Of a stretch of 64,000 nt of DNA, positions 9,795 to 21,400 are shown piece by piece. The position numbers and the translations under genes were made by a program. Every line of letters begins with the position of its first letter. Within the stretch, counting starts at the first letter, position 1. This DNA comes from Diplonema japonicum. Lineage: Eukaryota; Protista; Euglenozoa: Diplonemea. The notes below the pieces were generated by a model. That model did no database searches and was not told the DNA's origin. It was given only the letters and a program-made list of their open reading frames with translations. The stretch spans positions 434,001 to 498,000 of the forward strand of contig OZ025667.1 in NCBI GenBank assembly GCA_964019335.1, given 5' to 3'.

Positions 9795-12575
9795 CTACAG
9801 CTCATCGCTGTGCACGTTTCGTTCTTCTTCCACACGTTGGATGCCCTCGACGAATTCCCTTTCGCTGATGCCTCTGTCCCCGTTTTTGTCGAATGATCGG
9901 AACACTTCTTCAAACGATTCCTTTGTGGTCTCCGTGGTGCGGGCCGGAAGGCCGAGCAGCCGTTGCAACTCGGTGTCCCGCTCCAACGCCTTCAACAGCT
10001 CGTTCCTGTTGACAACTTTGTCACCGTTTATATTTATTTTGGCGAAAGCTGTGTTCTCCGTGTCTTCCCTCACGAGTCCCAGCATGGATCTTACTTGGTA
10101 GTCCACGCGAACCCCTTCACCGTCGGGCGTGTTTATGTCGAATCCGAGCTTCATGAGCTCTGAGCAGATTTTAACATTCTTGGCTTTGACAGCAATATGC
10201 AGGGCTGTCGTATCTTTGTTGGTAAGAATGTCTCCAAGTTGTACTAGTGCCTTCAATAAATCAGCATCACCTTTGCCGGCTGCCATCATTGCTGGTGTCC
10301 AACCAGGAGCATTTTTTGTGCCTCCAAGCACAACACCCTTGGACACCAGGTACTTCACAACCTGAACCCTGTCTTGTCGGGGAGGGTTTGCCGACACCAA
10401 GGCATGCACCGCACCGTATCCATCTGCACGCGTGTGCTTTACGTCAGAGATGTCGATTGCATACTTCACAAGCTGTGGGGGTGCTGTTGAAGACAGGATT
10501 GTCAGGAGGGGTATGTTGCCTTCCTTGTCCCGCGTGTTTGTTGTGGCTCCAGCACTCACAAGCTTCTCCGCAAGCTCCAACGTCCTCGTCACATGCAGGG
10601 GGGAAACACCTTCTGAGTTCACCTTATTTGGGTTAGCACCTGCCTCAAGTAGCCTGATTGCGACGCCTGTGTGGCTCCGCTCACACGCTACGAATAAGGG
10701 TGTCACATGGATCTTGTGCAAAGCAGCGTCGGGCTGTGCCCCATGTTCAAGAAGCACTTCAACAACTGCAAGATGACCGCTCTGAGCAGCAAGGTACAAA
10801 GGTGTTGCCCAGTACATGCTTCTGCCCCCTTTCGCGTCAACTGAGGCACCTCTGCCAAGCAACATCTTCACAAGGCTTGCACGTCCATCCTTAGCAGCGA
10901 GCATCAGTGGGGTGGCCTTCGAGGACTTTACTTTCCCGTTTATGTCGGCACCCTTTTTGATGAGTGCTTCCGCCAACTTGATGTTACCTTCCATGCAGGC
11001 TGTGTGTAGTGCCGTAGTATCCCCGGGTTGCGCATCGATGTCACCCTTTGTGAGTTTGAGTATCAAAGAGATGCAGTGTTGGTTGCCTCCCTTGATGGCG
11101 GCCTGCAGCATTGTGTAGCTATCACGGAGGACAAGGTTAGGATCAGCACCAGCACGGATGAGGAAGGTTGTGAGCTCATGGTCGCCGATATGCAGCGCGT
11201 GGCTCAGCGCGTTTAAGCCCTGCTTTGTAACTAAGCTAAGATCACCGCCCACAGCCAGGATCTTGGCTATGACGTCGTAGTATCTGAAGCCTATCGCAGC
11301 GAACAGCGGGAACACGCCGTCTTGCGGTGTTTGATCGTTCACCCTGCAGCCCTCCTTGTCCTCAAGCAGCCTTAGCGCTATTTTAGGGTGGCGATACTGG
11401 ATCGCAATCAAAAGTGGCGACGCTCCCTCCATCGAAGTGCTCTGCACGGCTCCATTCTTCAGCAAAATGTCAACTACACCCAGGTGCCCGTTCTCAGCTG
11501 CAGCGTGCAATACAGTAGCGCCGTTTCCTATTTCGGTATTCTTCTCTCCGTAATAACCTCCTGTGTCACCGCTTGTCTGGAGTTCCATTTTAAATTTCCC
11601 TCTCGGCATCACAAAGTTCACGTTAGCGCCATTGTCAATCAGCGTCTGCACCACACCATTGAAGCCTCGTTGCGCTGCAAGGTATAAAGGTGTCGTATCT
11701 CCCATCAGCAGGACGTCCGTCTTTACATTGCAGTAATTAATGAGAACGGCAACCGCTTCAGAGTGGTTAGTGTCTGCCGCTGTGTGGAGCGTGTTGCCAC
11801 CTGTCTTCTTCTTAATGTTGGGATCCGCCTTAGCGTCGCAAAGGGACTTTAGAACCTCCACCCTTCCCATCTCTGCAGCAAAGTGCATAGCAGTGGTACC
11901 TGCAAAAGGGTGTTGCTGGTCCTTGTCTATGTCTTCGGCTTTCAAAAGCTCCTTGGTCCCTTCGACGCACCCGATCGAGGCGGCCATCATGAGGGGTGTT
12001 GCTCCGGAGCGAGCTGCACGGTTTGGGTCAGCGCCGTGTGAAAGTAATTCAGCAATCACCTTTGCTTGACACATAGTTGCAGCAGCATGCAGTGCGGTCG
12101 TCTGGTCGGTCACCTTCTCTTCGTCAACGTCGTTGCCGTCTGTAAGCAGTTTCTTAACTAAGCCAAGATCCCCCATGGCAGCAGCCAGGTACAGGGGGTG
12201 CCCACCCGATTGGATGGACGGGATCATCCCGAACGTGATCAGAAACCTAGCGCTGTCCAAAACACCATCACGCCCTGCCTTGTAGTGGTGCCAAGCCTCC
12301 TCCGATGTGAGGGCGCTCGATGCGAGGTGTGCTTGCTTAGGGTCTACGAGCCCTTCCTGATGGTGCTCTACAACAGCATCCCACGCTCCCTGCACATGTT
12401 CGAATAGCGTCGCAGGATCTGCAATGGCGTGCTCTCCTTCCTTGGGAACCAACACTTGCATCTCTACATCCCCGTCACCAGCAGGTGCTGTTATCCCCAC
12501 AGGGGTGTACTTTACGACGTCCTCACCTCCCATGCTCTGCACCACCACCACCAGCACTGCAACTAACCGCATCAT
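9795..12575 (-). CDS. Secretory-pathway ankyrin-repeat protein with C-terminal EF-hand pair and SDEL ER-retrieval signal
   Basis: Signal peptide MMRLVAVLVVVVQS, about 20 TPL/TALH ankyrin repeats, EF loops NINGDKVVNRNE and DKNGDRGISERE, ends HSDEL. Confidence 0.85.
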   Translation of the reverse strand: MMRLVAVLVVVVQSMGGEDVVKYTPVGITAPAGDGDVEMQVLVPKEGEHAIADPATLFEHVQGAWDAVVEHHQEGLVDPKQAHLASSALTSEEAWHHYKAGRDGVLDSARFLITFGMIPSIQSGGHPLYLAAAMGDLGLVKKLLTDGNDVDEEKVTDQTTALHAAATMCQAKVIAELLSHGADPNRAARSGATPLMMAASIGCVEGTKELLKAEDIDKDQQHPFAGTTAMHFAAEMGRVEVLKSLCDAKADPNIKKKTGGNTLHTAADTNHSEAVAVLINYCNVKTDVLLMGDTTPLYLAAQRGFNGVVQTLIDNGANVNFVMPRGKFKMELQTSGDTGGYYGEKNTEIGNGATVLHAAAENGHLGVVDILLKNGAVQSTSMEGASPLLIAIQYRHPKIALRLLEDKEGCRVNDQTPQDGVFPLFAAIGFRYYDVIAKILAVGGDLSLVTKQGLNALSHALHIGDHELTTFLIRAGADPNLVLRDSYTMLQAAIKGGNQHCISLILKLTKGDIDAQPGDTTALHTACMEGNIKLAEALIKKGADINGKVKSSKATPLMLAAKDGRASLVKMLLGRGASVDAKGGRSMYWATPLYLAAQSGHLAVVEVLLEHGAQPDAALHKIHVTPLFVACERSHTGVAIRLLEAGANPNKVNSEGVSPLHVTRTLELAEKLVSAGATTNTRDKEGNIPLLTILSSTAPPQLVKYAIDISDVKHTRADGYGAVHALVSANPPRQDRVQVVKYLVSKGVVLGGTKNAPGWTPAMMAAGKGDADLLKALVQLGDILTNKDTTALHIAVKAKNVKICSELMKLGFDINTPDGEGVRVDYQVRSMLGLVREDTENTAFAKININGDKVVNRNELLKALERDTELQRLLGLPARTTETTKESFEEVFRSFDKNGDRGISEREFVEGIQRVEEERNVHSDEL

Positions 12576-13873
12576 ACCTGTGACGTGCTGTTGGAAGAAG
12601 GTAATTACTGTATAAAAGTGAGAAAGAAAAAACAAAAAGCAAACAAAAACAAGAACAAAAAAGAAAAAAGGAGAAGTAGAAAGGGGGGTAAGGCCGTTGT
12701 TGCGTAAAAGTTATAAAAAGCTTGTTTAAATGTGAAATACAACCTGATTTTCTTTTTTGTTCGGAAATGTAGTTGAATGTGAAACAATAGGTGCTGCACT
12801 CCGCCCTGGCAGAACGTCTGACACGATAAAAGTACAGTCTATTGGACAAATGTTGGTTTTCTTCTTCTTTTTTCAATTTTTTTTTTTTTGAAATTCGAGG
12901 TTCAAGTCAATTTACAATTTTCCAAACGGCCTGGGGGGAACGACACAGGAAAAAAGAATAAAGAGAATAAATAAATTCTTGGGGATACCGAACCAGAATA
13001 AGGGAGGTTGCAAGGGACAAGCGTGAGGTACTTGGCTTGGAAGCACTGCTGTAGACCTGTTTTGGTTGCTAGTTAGCACCCAGCAGGATGTAGATAAAAG
13101 CCTTGCCGCAAACCTCATCACCACTTGCCCTTGTTAATTACGTGGGATTATGTGTAAATGGGAACAAATATAAGTGATGGGAACATGTGGGCTTCTTTCA
13201 TTACTGTTTCTTTCTTTCCGTTTGGTTTCGCTTTTTTTCTTTTTTTTTTTTTTTTTAAGTTCACTCTGAGTTTTTTTTTTTTCTTCTTTTTTTTTTCCTT
13301 TTCATTCTTAAACACTGTGTAAGTACCAGAGCCCTGCCCACGGAAGAGAAACGATAATAACTGAAGACCGCATTTCCCCGCAAAAGGGGCAAAAGAGGAC
13401 AAAAAACTGCCTCCTGCAGTGTGCAGTGTGGGTTTGTATGATACCAACCACCTTTGCAGTGAGGTTGGAGGGCAACAACACCAAATGTACATGACCGACT
13501 TGTAACAGGGGGGGGGGGGGGGGGGGGGGGGGAGGAGGGAGGGAAAAGAACAACTGGGTATGCAGAATCCAGGCAGGACGGGAAAGCAGGAGTACATATG
13601 TACTACCCCTGAATTCACGACACCTGGCACACGGCACTTGGCGCAACATTGCGAAACGTTTTGCTAAGGCATGCGAATTGATGCAGAGGGCAAACTGGTG
13701 GGATTCGTAAAGGCAGGCTGCCTTATAGTCAGGTTTGCCATTACGCGGTTTCTTTATACTTCCCTCCTTTTTTTTTTTTTTTTTCCCCTTCTTTCTTCAT
13801 TAAAAATATCATTCAGGGGGGGGGGGGGGGTGAAAGGGCTTTGCAGATTTATGGCAACGTACCAGTAGAGCCT

Positions 13874-14320
13874 CTAGAAACTGTCACACCTCTTGAGAGA
13901 CGAGCTCATGGCCAGGAGATCGATTTCATCCATCTCGCTTTGCGTGTCGTAATCGACGAAGGAGAGACACGGCGGTGCCGAGAGTGGTCGGAACTTTTCG
14001 TCTGAGGGCTGCAGACCTTCTGTCGTCTGGCTGCTCACACAGCTGATAATCTCTTGACACAGACCATCATGCTCTATGCACTGTGGCTCTTCCCACATTG
14101 CACACTCAGGCACATCGACTTCGCACACAACCTTCTTCTTCTTCCTCCTTTTTCTTTTCTTCTTTTTTTTACACGCCCCGTTCTCACTCTCACTTTCGCT
14201 CTCACTGTCCAGCACAGACGCCACATTTTTCTCCCTTGCATACAGCTCCCTTCTTATGTAAAATGCACCCAGCGCAATTAACAGTAATAGCACGCTGCAC
14301 TGCAGCACATCTTGGTACAT
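13874..14320 (-). CDS. Small hypothetical protein with N-terminal TM helix and Lys-rich tract
   Basis: ORF MYQDVLQCSVLLLLIALGAFYIRR, preceded by a TAG acceptor, in cluster orientation. Confidence 0.55.
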   Translation of the reverse strand: MYQDVLQCSVLLLLIALGAFYIRRELYAREKNVASVLDSESESESENGACKKKKKRKRRKKKKVVCEVDVPECAMWEEPQCIEHDGLCQEIISCVSSQTTEGLQPSDEKFRPLSAPPCLSFVDYDTQSEMDEIDLLAMSSSLKRCDSF

Positions 14321-14385
14321 GGCACCTACGAAGAAGTTGTGAGCAGATGTCAAACAGGAAAAAGAAAATAACAAAGTACATCTAT

Positions 14386-16404
14386 CTACCGTCTGAACGT
14401 CTGGTGCCCTTCATTGGGCCTTTTCTTTTTCAAAAGTGTTCTGGTGGACGCCAAAGTCGCGTGGATAAGCATGGGGTGCATCTCTGTCTGCTGCTCCTTC
14501 GCGATCACATCACGCATGGTGGCCTCTTGTGTTAGAAGGGTTGCTGCCTTGTAAGACACCAGCTCGTGGGCTGACCGCGCAGCGTGTTCTCTCAACAGCT
14601 CCATTTGTTTGACATGCTCTGCAGCGACATAGACCGCACTCTGCTTGAGCCGGTGCACCTCTTGTCGCAGAGTCTCCTCCCTGGCCCACGTAGTGCTTTT
14701 GAGTGATGCATGGTCTGCTTCCAAACTCTGCAACAACCTTCCCGTGTTCTCTGCATTTTTCCTTTCTGCACTGACGGCGGCATCATAGGCTTTCATCTCT
14801 TCCGATACCTGCCGCTGCTCCCACTGGAGCCCCCTGTCCCTTCGCAATGATGCTTGGATGTGCTCCTCTTGCTGGTCCAGTTGGCTTAGCAGTGACGCCT
14901 GGTTCCTTTCTGCCTCCTCTCGCTCGGCAGCAAGCTGCCTGATAAGATTCTCATTCGTAGCATTGCACTTCACGTGTTCAACACTAGTGTCATGCAGCTC
15001 TTCACTGAGCATTCGTAGTTCTTCTCGAGTTTTCTCCAACTCCGTTTCGTGTCTGTGCAAGTTTTCTTTGTCTGCCGCTGCTTCAACACACAAAGTGTCA
15101 TGTGCCGCTTGCAGCTTCGTGATAGTCTGGTCCGCCCTTCGTGCCTCTTCTTTTGCAGCTTGTTCTCCTTCTTCTGCCGCCATCGAAGCAGCGGTCAAGT
15201 TCTCCACTGTCCGTTTCAAGTGCTGACACTCAGCCTGCATTGCTTCAGTGTGAGCCTGGCTATCTTGGATCTGTATTTCGAGGCTCCTTCGCTCAGCAAG
15301 ACTATGCTCATAGTTGGAGAGGGCATCTTGAGTATACTTCTGGTATTGGTTGCGTTCTGCCTCCAGCTGCTGTGATTGCAAGGAGAATCTGCTCTCGAGT
15401 TCGGACAACTTCAGTCGTGCTTGCACTTCCGCCTCACGCATAGTGTCCAAGGCTTGTCGTGTAGTGCCTAAGTCACCCCGCAATACGTCCCTTTCAGCTT
15501 GTGTGGAAGCCTCACGAATCTTGAGTCCGTCGCATGTCCGTACAAGGGCAGCATGGTCCTCCTCAAGATGTCTGTACTGAGAAAGCTGCATTGTGAGGCT
15601 ATCTATTTTAGTCATTGCGACATTGTGCTGTGCTTGTAGTGTCTCGTTCAGGTTTGTAAGGACAGCGTTGCCTTGCTTGATACTATCAAACGCCACTTCT
15701 CTCTCCACCCGGTACGTTTCGTAGGCATCTTGCAGTTCCCTGTGTCTGTTTAATAGTGCTTTATTTTCTTCATCGGCCGCCGCAAGCATTTTATCATGGA
15801 CTCTGCATTCATACTGCCGCAGGGAGGCCTCCCTTGTTGTCGTTGGTTGGTCTGTGTCACGCTCTTCTATGAGAGCTTCAATGTTCTGCACTAAAGTGTC
15901 CACTGCCTGCTGTTCATTTTTGATCTTGTTCCCTATAGAACTCTGATCGCTGAGGCTTTCTTGCGGTGTGGAAAAACGGCGGAACGGCGCTGGCGGGGAG
16001 GAGGGGGCAGGTGACAGGGAGTCGGGACACTCTACTGCTTCATCTTCGAAATCTATCAATGACAGGTCCCCATTCGGACTGGCGCCAGGAAAGTCACTGC
16101 TCTGCTCTACTTCCACATATTTGTCTTCGGTATCTTTTTGTTCCATCTTATCTTCTTTTTCTTCTTCCTTTTGGTTTTCCTCTCGTACTTCCTCTTTTTC
16201 ACTTTGTTCTATCTTTGCTTTTTGTATGCTGCCCATCTCTTGTTTCCTCACATCCTCTTCGAGCTCTTGCAGTGCCATCAGAGCCTTTCTCAATCCAGTG
16301 CACTCTTTATGCAGGTGCGTCAGTCTATCGTCACTACCGCCAGCACCCGTGTCCACCAGCCTGTTGAGCAGAAGTTCGACCTCCGTTTCCATGTAAGGGT
16401 CCAT
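14386..16404 (-). CDS. Long coiled-coil protein
   Basis: ~670-aa ORF rich in E/Q/A/L/R heptads. Start MDPYME follows CAACAG. Confidence 0.75.
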   Translation of the reverse strand: MDPYMETEVELLLNRLVDTGAGGSDDRLTHLHKECTGLRKALMALQELEEDVRKQEMGSIQKAKIEQSEKEEVREENQKEEEKEDKMEQKDTEDKYVEVEQSSDFPGASPNGDLSLIDFEDEAVECPDSLSPAPSSPPAPFRRFSTPQESLSDQSSIGNKIKNEQQAVDTLVQNIEALIEERDTDQPTTTREASLRQYECRVHDKMLAAADEENKALLNRHRELQDAYETYRVEREVAFDSIKQGNAVLTNLNETLQAQHNVAMTKIDSLTMQLSQYRHLEEDHAALVRTCDGLKIREASTQAERDVLRGDLGTTRQALDTMREAEVQARLKLSELESRFSLQSQQLEAERNQYQKYTQDALSNYEHSLAERRSLEIQIQDSQAHTEAMQAECQHLKRTVENLTAASMAAEEGEQAAKEEARRADQTITKLQAAHDTLCVEAAADKENLHRHETELEKTREELRMLSEELHDTSVEHVKCNATNENLIRQLAAEREEAERNQASLLSQLDQQEEHIQASLRRDRGLQWEQRQVSEEMKAYDAAVSAERKNAENTGRLLQSLEADHASLKSTTWAREETLRQEVHRLKQSAVYVAAEHVKQMELLREHAARSAHELVSYKAATLLTQEATMRDVIAKEQQTEMHPMLIHATLASTRTLLKKKRPNEGHQTFRR

Positions 16405-16466
16405 GTCCTGTTGTGGTTGAGTGTGTGACAAAGGGCGGGGGAAATCAACACTTGATACTGATGTGG

Positions 16467-17595
16467 CTATAAGTAATCTTCTTTGGAGGGGTCAGTGCTC
16501 TCTGTGAATGTGGTGGGCCATGCATGTTTTGCTTCATTCGAAAGGTGGCGGAGGTGGGAAGAGAATGCATTCATTGCCCTGGGGAGGAGCTGTGCAGCAC
16601 GGTAGACGCCTACCGACTCAACGTGGAACTCAAAGCCGTGTTTATGAAGACCCAGTTCCACGTTGCCTGCCCCCATGGGGAGGTCGGACCTGATGCACTC
16701 TCTGCACATGGTGCACTGCTTCGGGCGTGCAGCAACAAGGGCCCCACTATCCTCAATGTCGAAGACTTCACCAGGGCATCGCTTCTTTAGATATCTCGCC
16801 TCCTCTCCTTTCACTTTCTTGCTCACCCGCACAATGGGCAGCGGCTTGTATGTCACACACCCCGCAGGCGACCACTTTGCGTGTTGCGAACCTTTCCCCT
16901 TGATAGCAAACAGGGTGAGCTTTATCCTGGACCCTTTCATTAATTTTGCAAGCATGATTTTTTTATGCACGGGTTTAGGCTCCGTTGGCAACGACGGTGC
17001 GTCCTCCAAAGGTGTGTATTTGATATCAGAGGAGTATACTTGGTAGTTGTCTCGGTCTGCCTTCACGTCAAGAACAAATCTGAGGACGCTCTTGGGGTCG
17101 GGTGACGCTGTGTTGATGTCGCCCACGGTGTACGAGAATTGATCAGCATCTACGTCCAGTGGCACAAGCCCCAACCTGTGCGACAAGGCCTCGTCGAAGA
17201 CTGCACCGTCGTTCTCGTGAATGAGTACAACGTCGATGGCCATCGTGGCCACATCCATCATCATGGTCCGGCGATACAAGTTAGCAACTGCTGGGCTGAT
17301 GTCTGTGGTGCATGATGTGGGTGCCGTGATGTGAGCATACCTTCCACTTCAAAATCTATTTCATCCTCCTTCTGACCCACATCACTGCGGGTCTCGTCTC
17401 GCCATTGTCGCAGTATCGTTATCTGCAGCGTTTGCTACGTGTGCGCCAACATACCTTCGGCTTGTCTCTCAAAACAACCTGCCCGCCCTTACCCGTCTCG
17501 GTATAGGGTGACTCGAGCGTCTCCACATCCTTGCACCCATGTTCCATCACAATGATCTCATTGGGATTGTATTTACGCTTCCCTTCTGCGCCCAT
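16467..17595 (-). CDS. POLR1C: RNA polymerase I/III shared subunit AC40 (RPAC1/RPC40); 3 exons
   Basis: ISPAVANLYRRTMM, DEALSHRLGLVPL, KGKGSQHAKWSP, CP-x2-VFDIED, CTMCRECIR, FHVESVG. Introns at 17423-17454 (32 nt) and 17303-17340 (38 nt) restore a continuous frame from ATG 17595. Confidence 0.93.
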
Positions 17596-17659
17596 TTTTT
17601 GTTATTCGTGTCCCCCACCTATGATGCCTGAAAATCACGTCATTGCATGAATTGAACTA

Positions 17660-17836
17660 TCACTTTTTGTGGACAAAGGCTTGCATCCCTGCTCTTAGGT
17701 TCTTCCGCGCACTTTTAAGGTTCCATAAAACAGATCCTGCCATGGAATCCAGAGGCAGGACCGTAGCGTCAGTAACTAACTTTTTCTTGTGCGTGGTGTC
17801 AATGAGGTTTGTTCCCACAAGGTCCCCAAAGCACAT
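17660..17836 (-). CDS. Possible 58-aa small protein
   Basis: MCFGDLVGTNLIDTTHKKKLVTDATVLPLDSMAGSVLWNLKSARKNLRAGMQAFVHKK*, with a pyrimidine tract plus CCTACAG acceptor 8 nt before the ATG, in cluster orientation. Confidence 0.35.
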   Translation of the reverse strand: MCFGDLVGTNLIDTTHKKKLVTDATVLPLDSMAGSVLWNLKSARKNLRAGMQAFVHKK

Positions 17837-18470
17837 GGTGTAATCTGTAGGCGTGACAAGAGAAGAGGACGCGGAAAATAAATGGAAGAACAGCTCTTTG
17901 AAACAATTAAGTAAATAAAGATACTCTGTCCTTCAATCGAATGGCAGCTACGCTCGTGACCTCGCACTGCACCACAAAGATGAGGAGTATGACTAAAACT
18001 AAACGTAAAACCAAACCAACAACCCAAGAGGCAGGATGACCTACAGCTTGTCATGGGTGCACATAAGTAAACAACAGCAAAGAGCCTCGGGGCTACAGCA
18101 CGGGCTTCGTGGCGTGCCCGCCTCAGCTCCTCTCACGGCGTATCGCACAAGTATGACGGTGATCGGCACTATGTTAATCTCGCCCTTCGGGGTAGCAGAT
18201 GGTTCTAGCCATCCTCTAGGCCAACGAGCCACAAGTGCGAGGCCATCACCTTATCAAGATTCTTTTATTTCATTTCTGTTTTATTAGTCAGTTGACAACC
18301 ATCATGGTTGGAAGGAGTTGGGATGATTGATGCAGAGTTGTTTCGTTCGTTGATTGCGCACGGTTACGTGGGATTGGAGATGTCCGTCTAGATGAGGACG
18401 GACTTGCAAGTACGACGCAAAGGGTGGGAGGTGCTTGGCTGTAGATGGCCAAGTCCTATGGCACAAGCTA

Positions 18471-21400
18471 CTACTTCCGTGCTGCACTATTTACTCGACG
18501 CTTGTCTATAGACAGCGGCCTTCTGTGGTGTATGGGAACTGGCGTGCGCGCGGGTGTAAAGAGAGGAGCGGACAAGGGACCGGGGAATGTGAAGGTGCTC
18601 AATGTGGGTTGCAAGGGCGCCTTCTGGGAGGGTATAGGTGATGGCGTGGAAGCAATCCTGACCCTCCCACGCAGTACCGGGGATCCGCAGTCATCAGATC
18701 CCGAAGGGCTTGCGCTCATCAGGCTGCTTATAGAGCTCCTTCTTAGCTCTAGTTCTGTTGCATGCAATGGGCTAAGTCTCCTGCGATCGTCCTGTTCCGT
18801 CTCTACATAAAGCGAGTTCCGTCTTTTGCACTCTTCGCCCGTCTCCTGTTGATGTTAGTTGTGCAAATACTTCATACCAACAACAATGCGTCATGTTGCA
18901 CACTCGCATCCGACTTCTGCACCTCTACCTGCAAGCCTTTCTCTTCCTTGACAATATCTGTTTGTGGTGTAGTGGAGTTGGTGCAGCACACCTGTGGAGT
19001 CATAGTACTTTGAAAGGTTCTTAACAGGCAAGGTCATCTGGCCGCCTTTGTAATCCACGAGTACCTCCTCAGCTCCCTTCCAACCGGCCACATAGGCTAC
19101 CTCTCCATTGAGGCTGTGCACGCTGCTAGTGATGTACACCTGTCGGTCATCATGGAGTGCCATCAAGACTTTCTCATGGTGCTGCAGGTGATTCAAGTAG
19201 TTCGAACCGTTTCCACGAGGGGCTAGGTTGACTTGAGTGTGGACTTCCTTGCACGCCTGCTTCACTGCTCGAGCAGCAGCCTGTCTCCACACTGTACGCA
19301 CCCATCTGGGTTCCTTCTCTTTTAGTACAGAAGATACTGTGCTCGGTACTTGATCCACTTTCTGCGGCTGCACTGCGGGTCCTTCTTGGGTTTCCTTTGG
19401 GGTAGATGTTGCGAACGTCGGCGATGACGGTGCTGTGGGGGATGCTAGCGAGATTTTGCGGGGACTGGACACCCAGCAGTCAGGGCGAGTTTTGAATTCA
19501 ATAGGAAGCAGGGAGAACAGACTCTCATTCCTTGCTATTCCTTTGAGAGACTTGCTCCCGTGGCAGGACAAAAAAATATTGTCATCAGGCAATGCACCGC
19601 ACCTGTGGAGGTGTCGGAAAGCAGCACCGCCGATCACGATCTCCCCGCCGTACCCAATACCCGCAATCCTAGCTGCCAAGTTAACCATGGGACCAAAGTA
19701 GTCCATTCTCCCCGTCACAGGGTCCTGCTCGCAGTCGGGCTCGCCGGTGTGAAAACCCATCCTTACCCTAAGACCTCGCAATACAACGTTGCCCTCGTTG
19801 TCTGTTTGCACGCCAGCCTCTTCATGACGTAGAAGGTCTTCGGGCCACTTCGTGTTCATCAGTTCCCTCTGCGACTCGATGCACCAATGAAGTGCTGACT
19901 CCGTGCGTTGGAAGGCAACCATGAAAGCATCTCCTTCAGTCTTGACCTCGTAGCCCCTGTATTTCTCAATTAGCCTTCTTAAGATTTTGTTATGTTGCGC
20001 AAGGGCCACCTTCATCCCCTCTGCGCTGTTATCCCACAACGTTGTCGAAGACTGCACATCTGTGAACACCAATGTCACCAGCCCCTTAGGCGGTGGTCTC
20101 TTTAGGGATCTATCTTGTGCAGACATCATATCACCCTCGAGAGACCTTAGGATCCTTAACACAGGGGCTGGCGTCACTGAAAGGGGATCTTCTGAAAGTC
20201 TCGGGTCCTTTCTTGTAATCGGGAAAACTTCTACTCTGCAGTTCTGAGATCCGTAGAACATGACGTACGGTATCAGTGTGTGAGGACATGGGAAAGGCAT
20301 CGAGTGCACGAGATCGCTGTTCAGATAGAGCTTCACGTAGCCGTTGGTGTTATTCTTCACTCGCAGCTTGATGATGTCGCCAGTAGCATACTTAGCGGTG
20401 GTGCCGATGGGAACAATGCTGCCAGCGTTGTACAATGTGCCGTCTGGTTTCCAGAATACCCCGCTTCGCCCTGTCGTATCTTTGTCGAAGCATGCCATCC
20501 CAGGAGGGCCTACCCCCAGGTACGTCCCTTCGCCACACTTCACAATTCTGTACTTCAACGTTACCGAAGTAGCAGCGTTGTCAGGGATCTCCTCTTTCCC
20601 CAGCGCCACAGTCTCGTGCCTGGTGGTCGCGTAGCACACAGCGTCTTCTTTTTCAAACCCCACGCGCCCACTTCGTAGGCGCGATGACGGATGCACTGCT
20701 TCCCACCCGTGCGCACCCACCCACTGCGTGCCTTTCTCTGTCATTTTGCCAGTCGAATTACTCACACGCAGCTCAGCCATCACCTCATTAATAGCTGTCG
20801 ATATCTCCTTACAGATGTAGTGCTCCGTGCATGGTACTTTTTTCATTACATCATCCAGAGCTGTGAACTTCCTGCCATTTTCAGCGTCCTTGTTCTGTAT
20901 GACAGCTATCAAGCTCTTCACACCATCAATAAGACCGCTCATCATGTTCCGCAGCATCTCCAACTCTTTGGGCAACCCATCTTCGGAGGCTGCTGAATCC
21001 CACAGGGACTTCATCAAGTTCTGCTGTGAGCGCTTCTTCTTTAGGTGCCGCAAAGAGTTCTCCTTTATGGTGGCCCTTGTTGCTGCTGCCGTTTGGCTTT
21101 GCTTCCAGGCCACTTCCTTTTCTACTTCTTTCTTGTGTTTGGTCCGTTCCCAGTTAACAACGAGCTTCTTCACTTGTAAATCGCTTCCCTTCCTTACATT
21201 GTACTCGTTGTAGTCTTCAGAAACCTGTCTGCTGTGCCCCAAGGGGTCCCCCGGTATGTACATGCTTCCTGTACGCGTCTTAGGCAACATCTCTTCATCA
21301 CTCGAGTCGATGACCTCAAGTATCTCCTCCGGAAGATTGTTGTCGATATGCTGCTGGATGGCCACACCACGCAAGGCTTGCAATGTGCTGTACAACAAAT

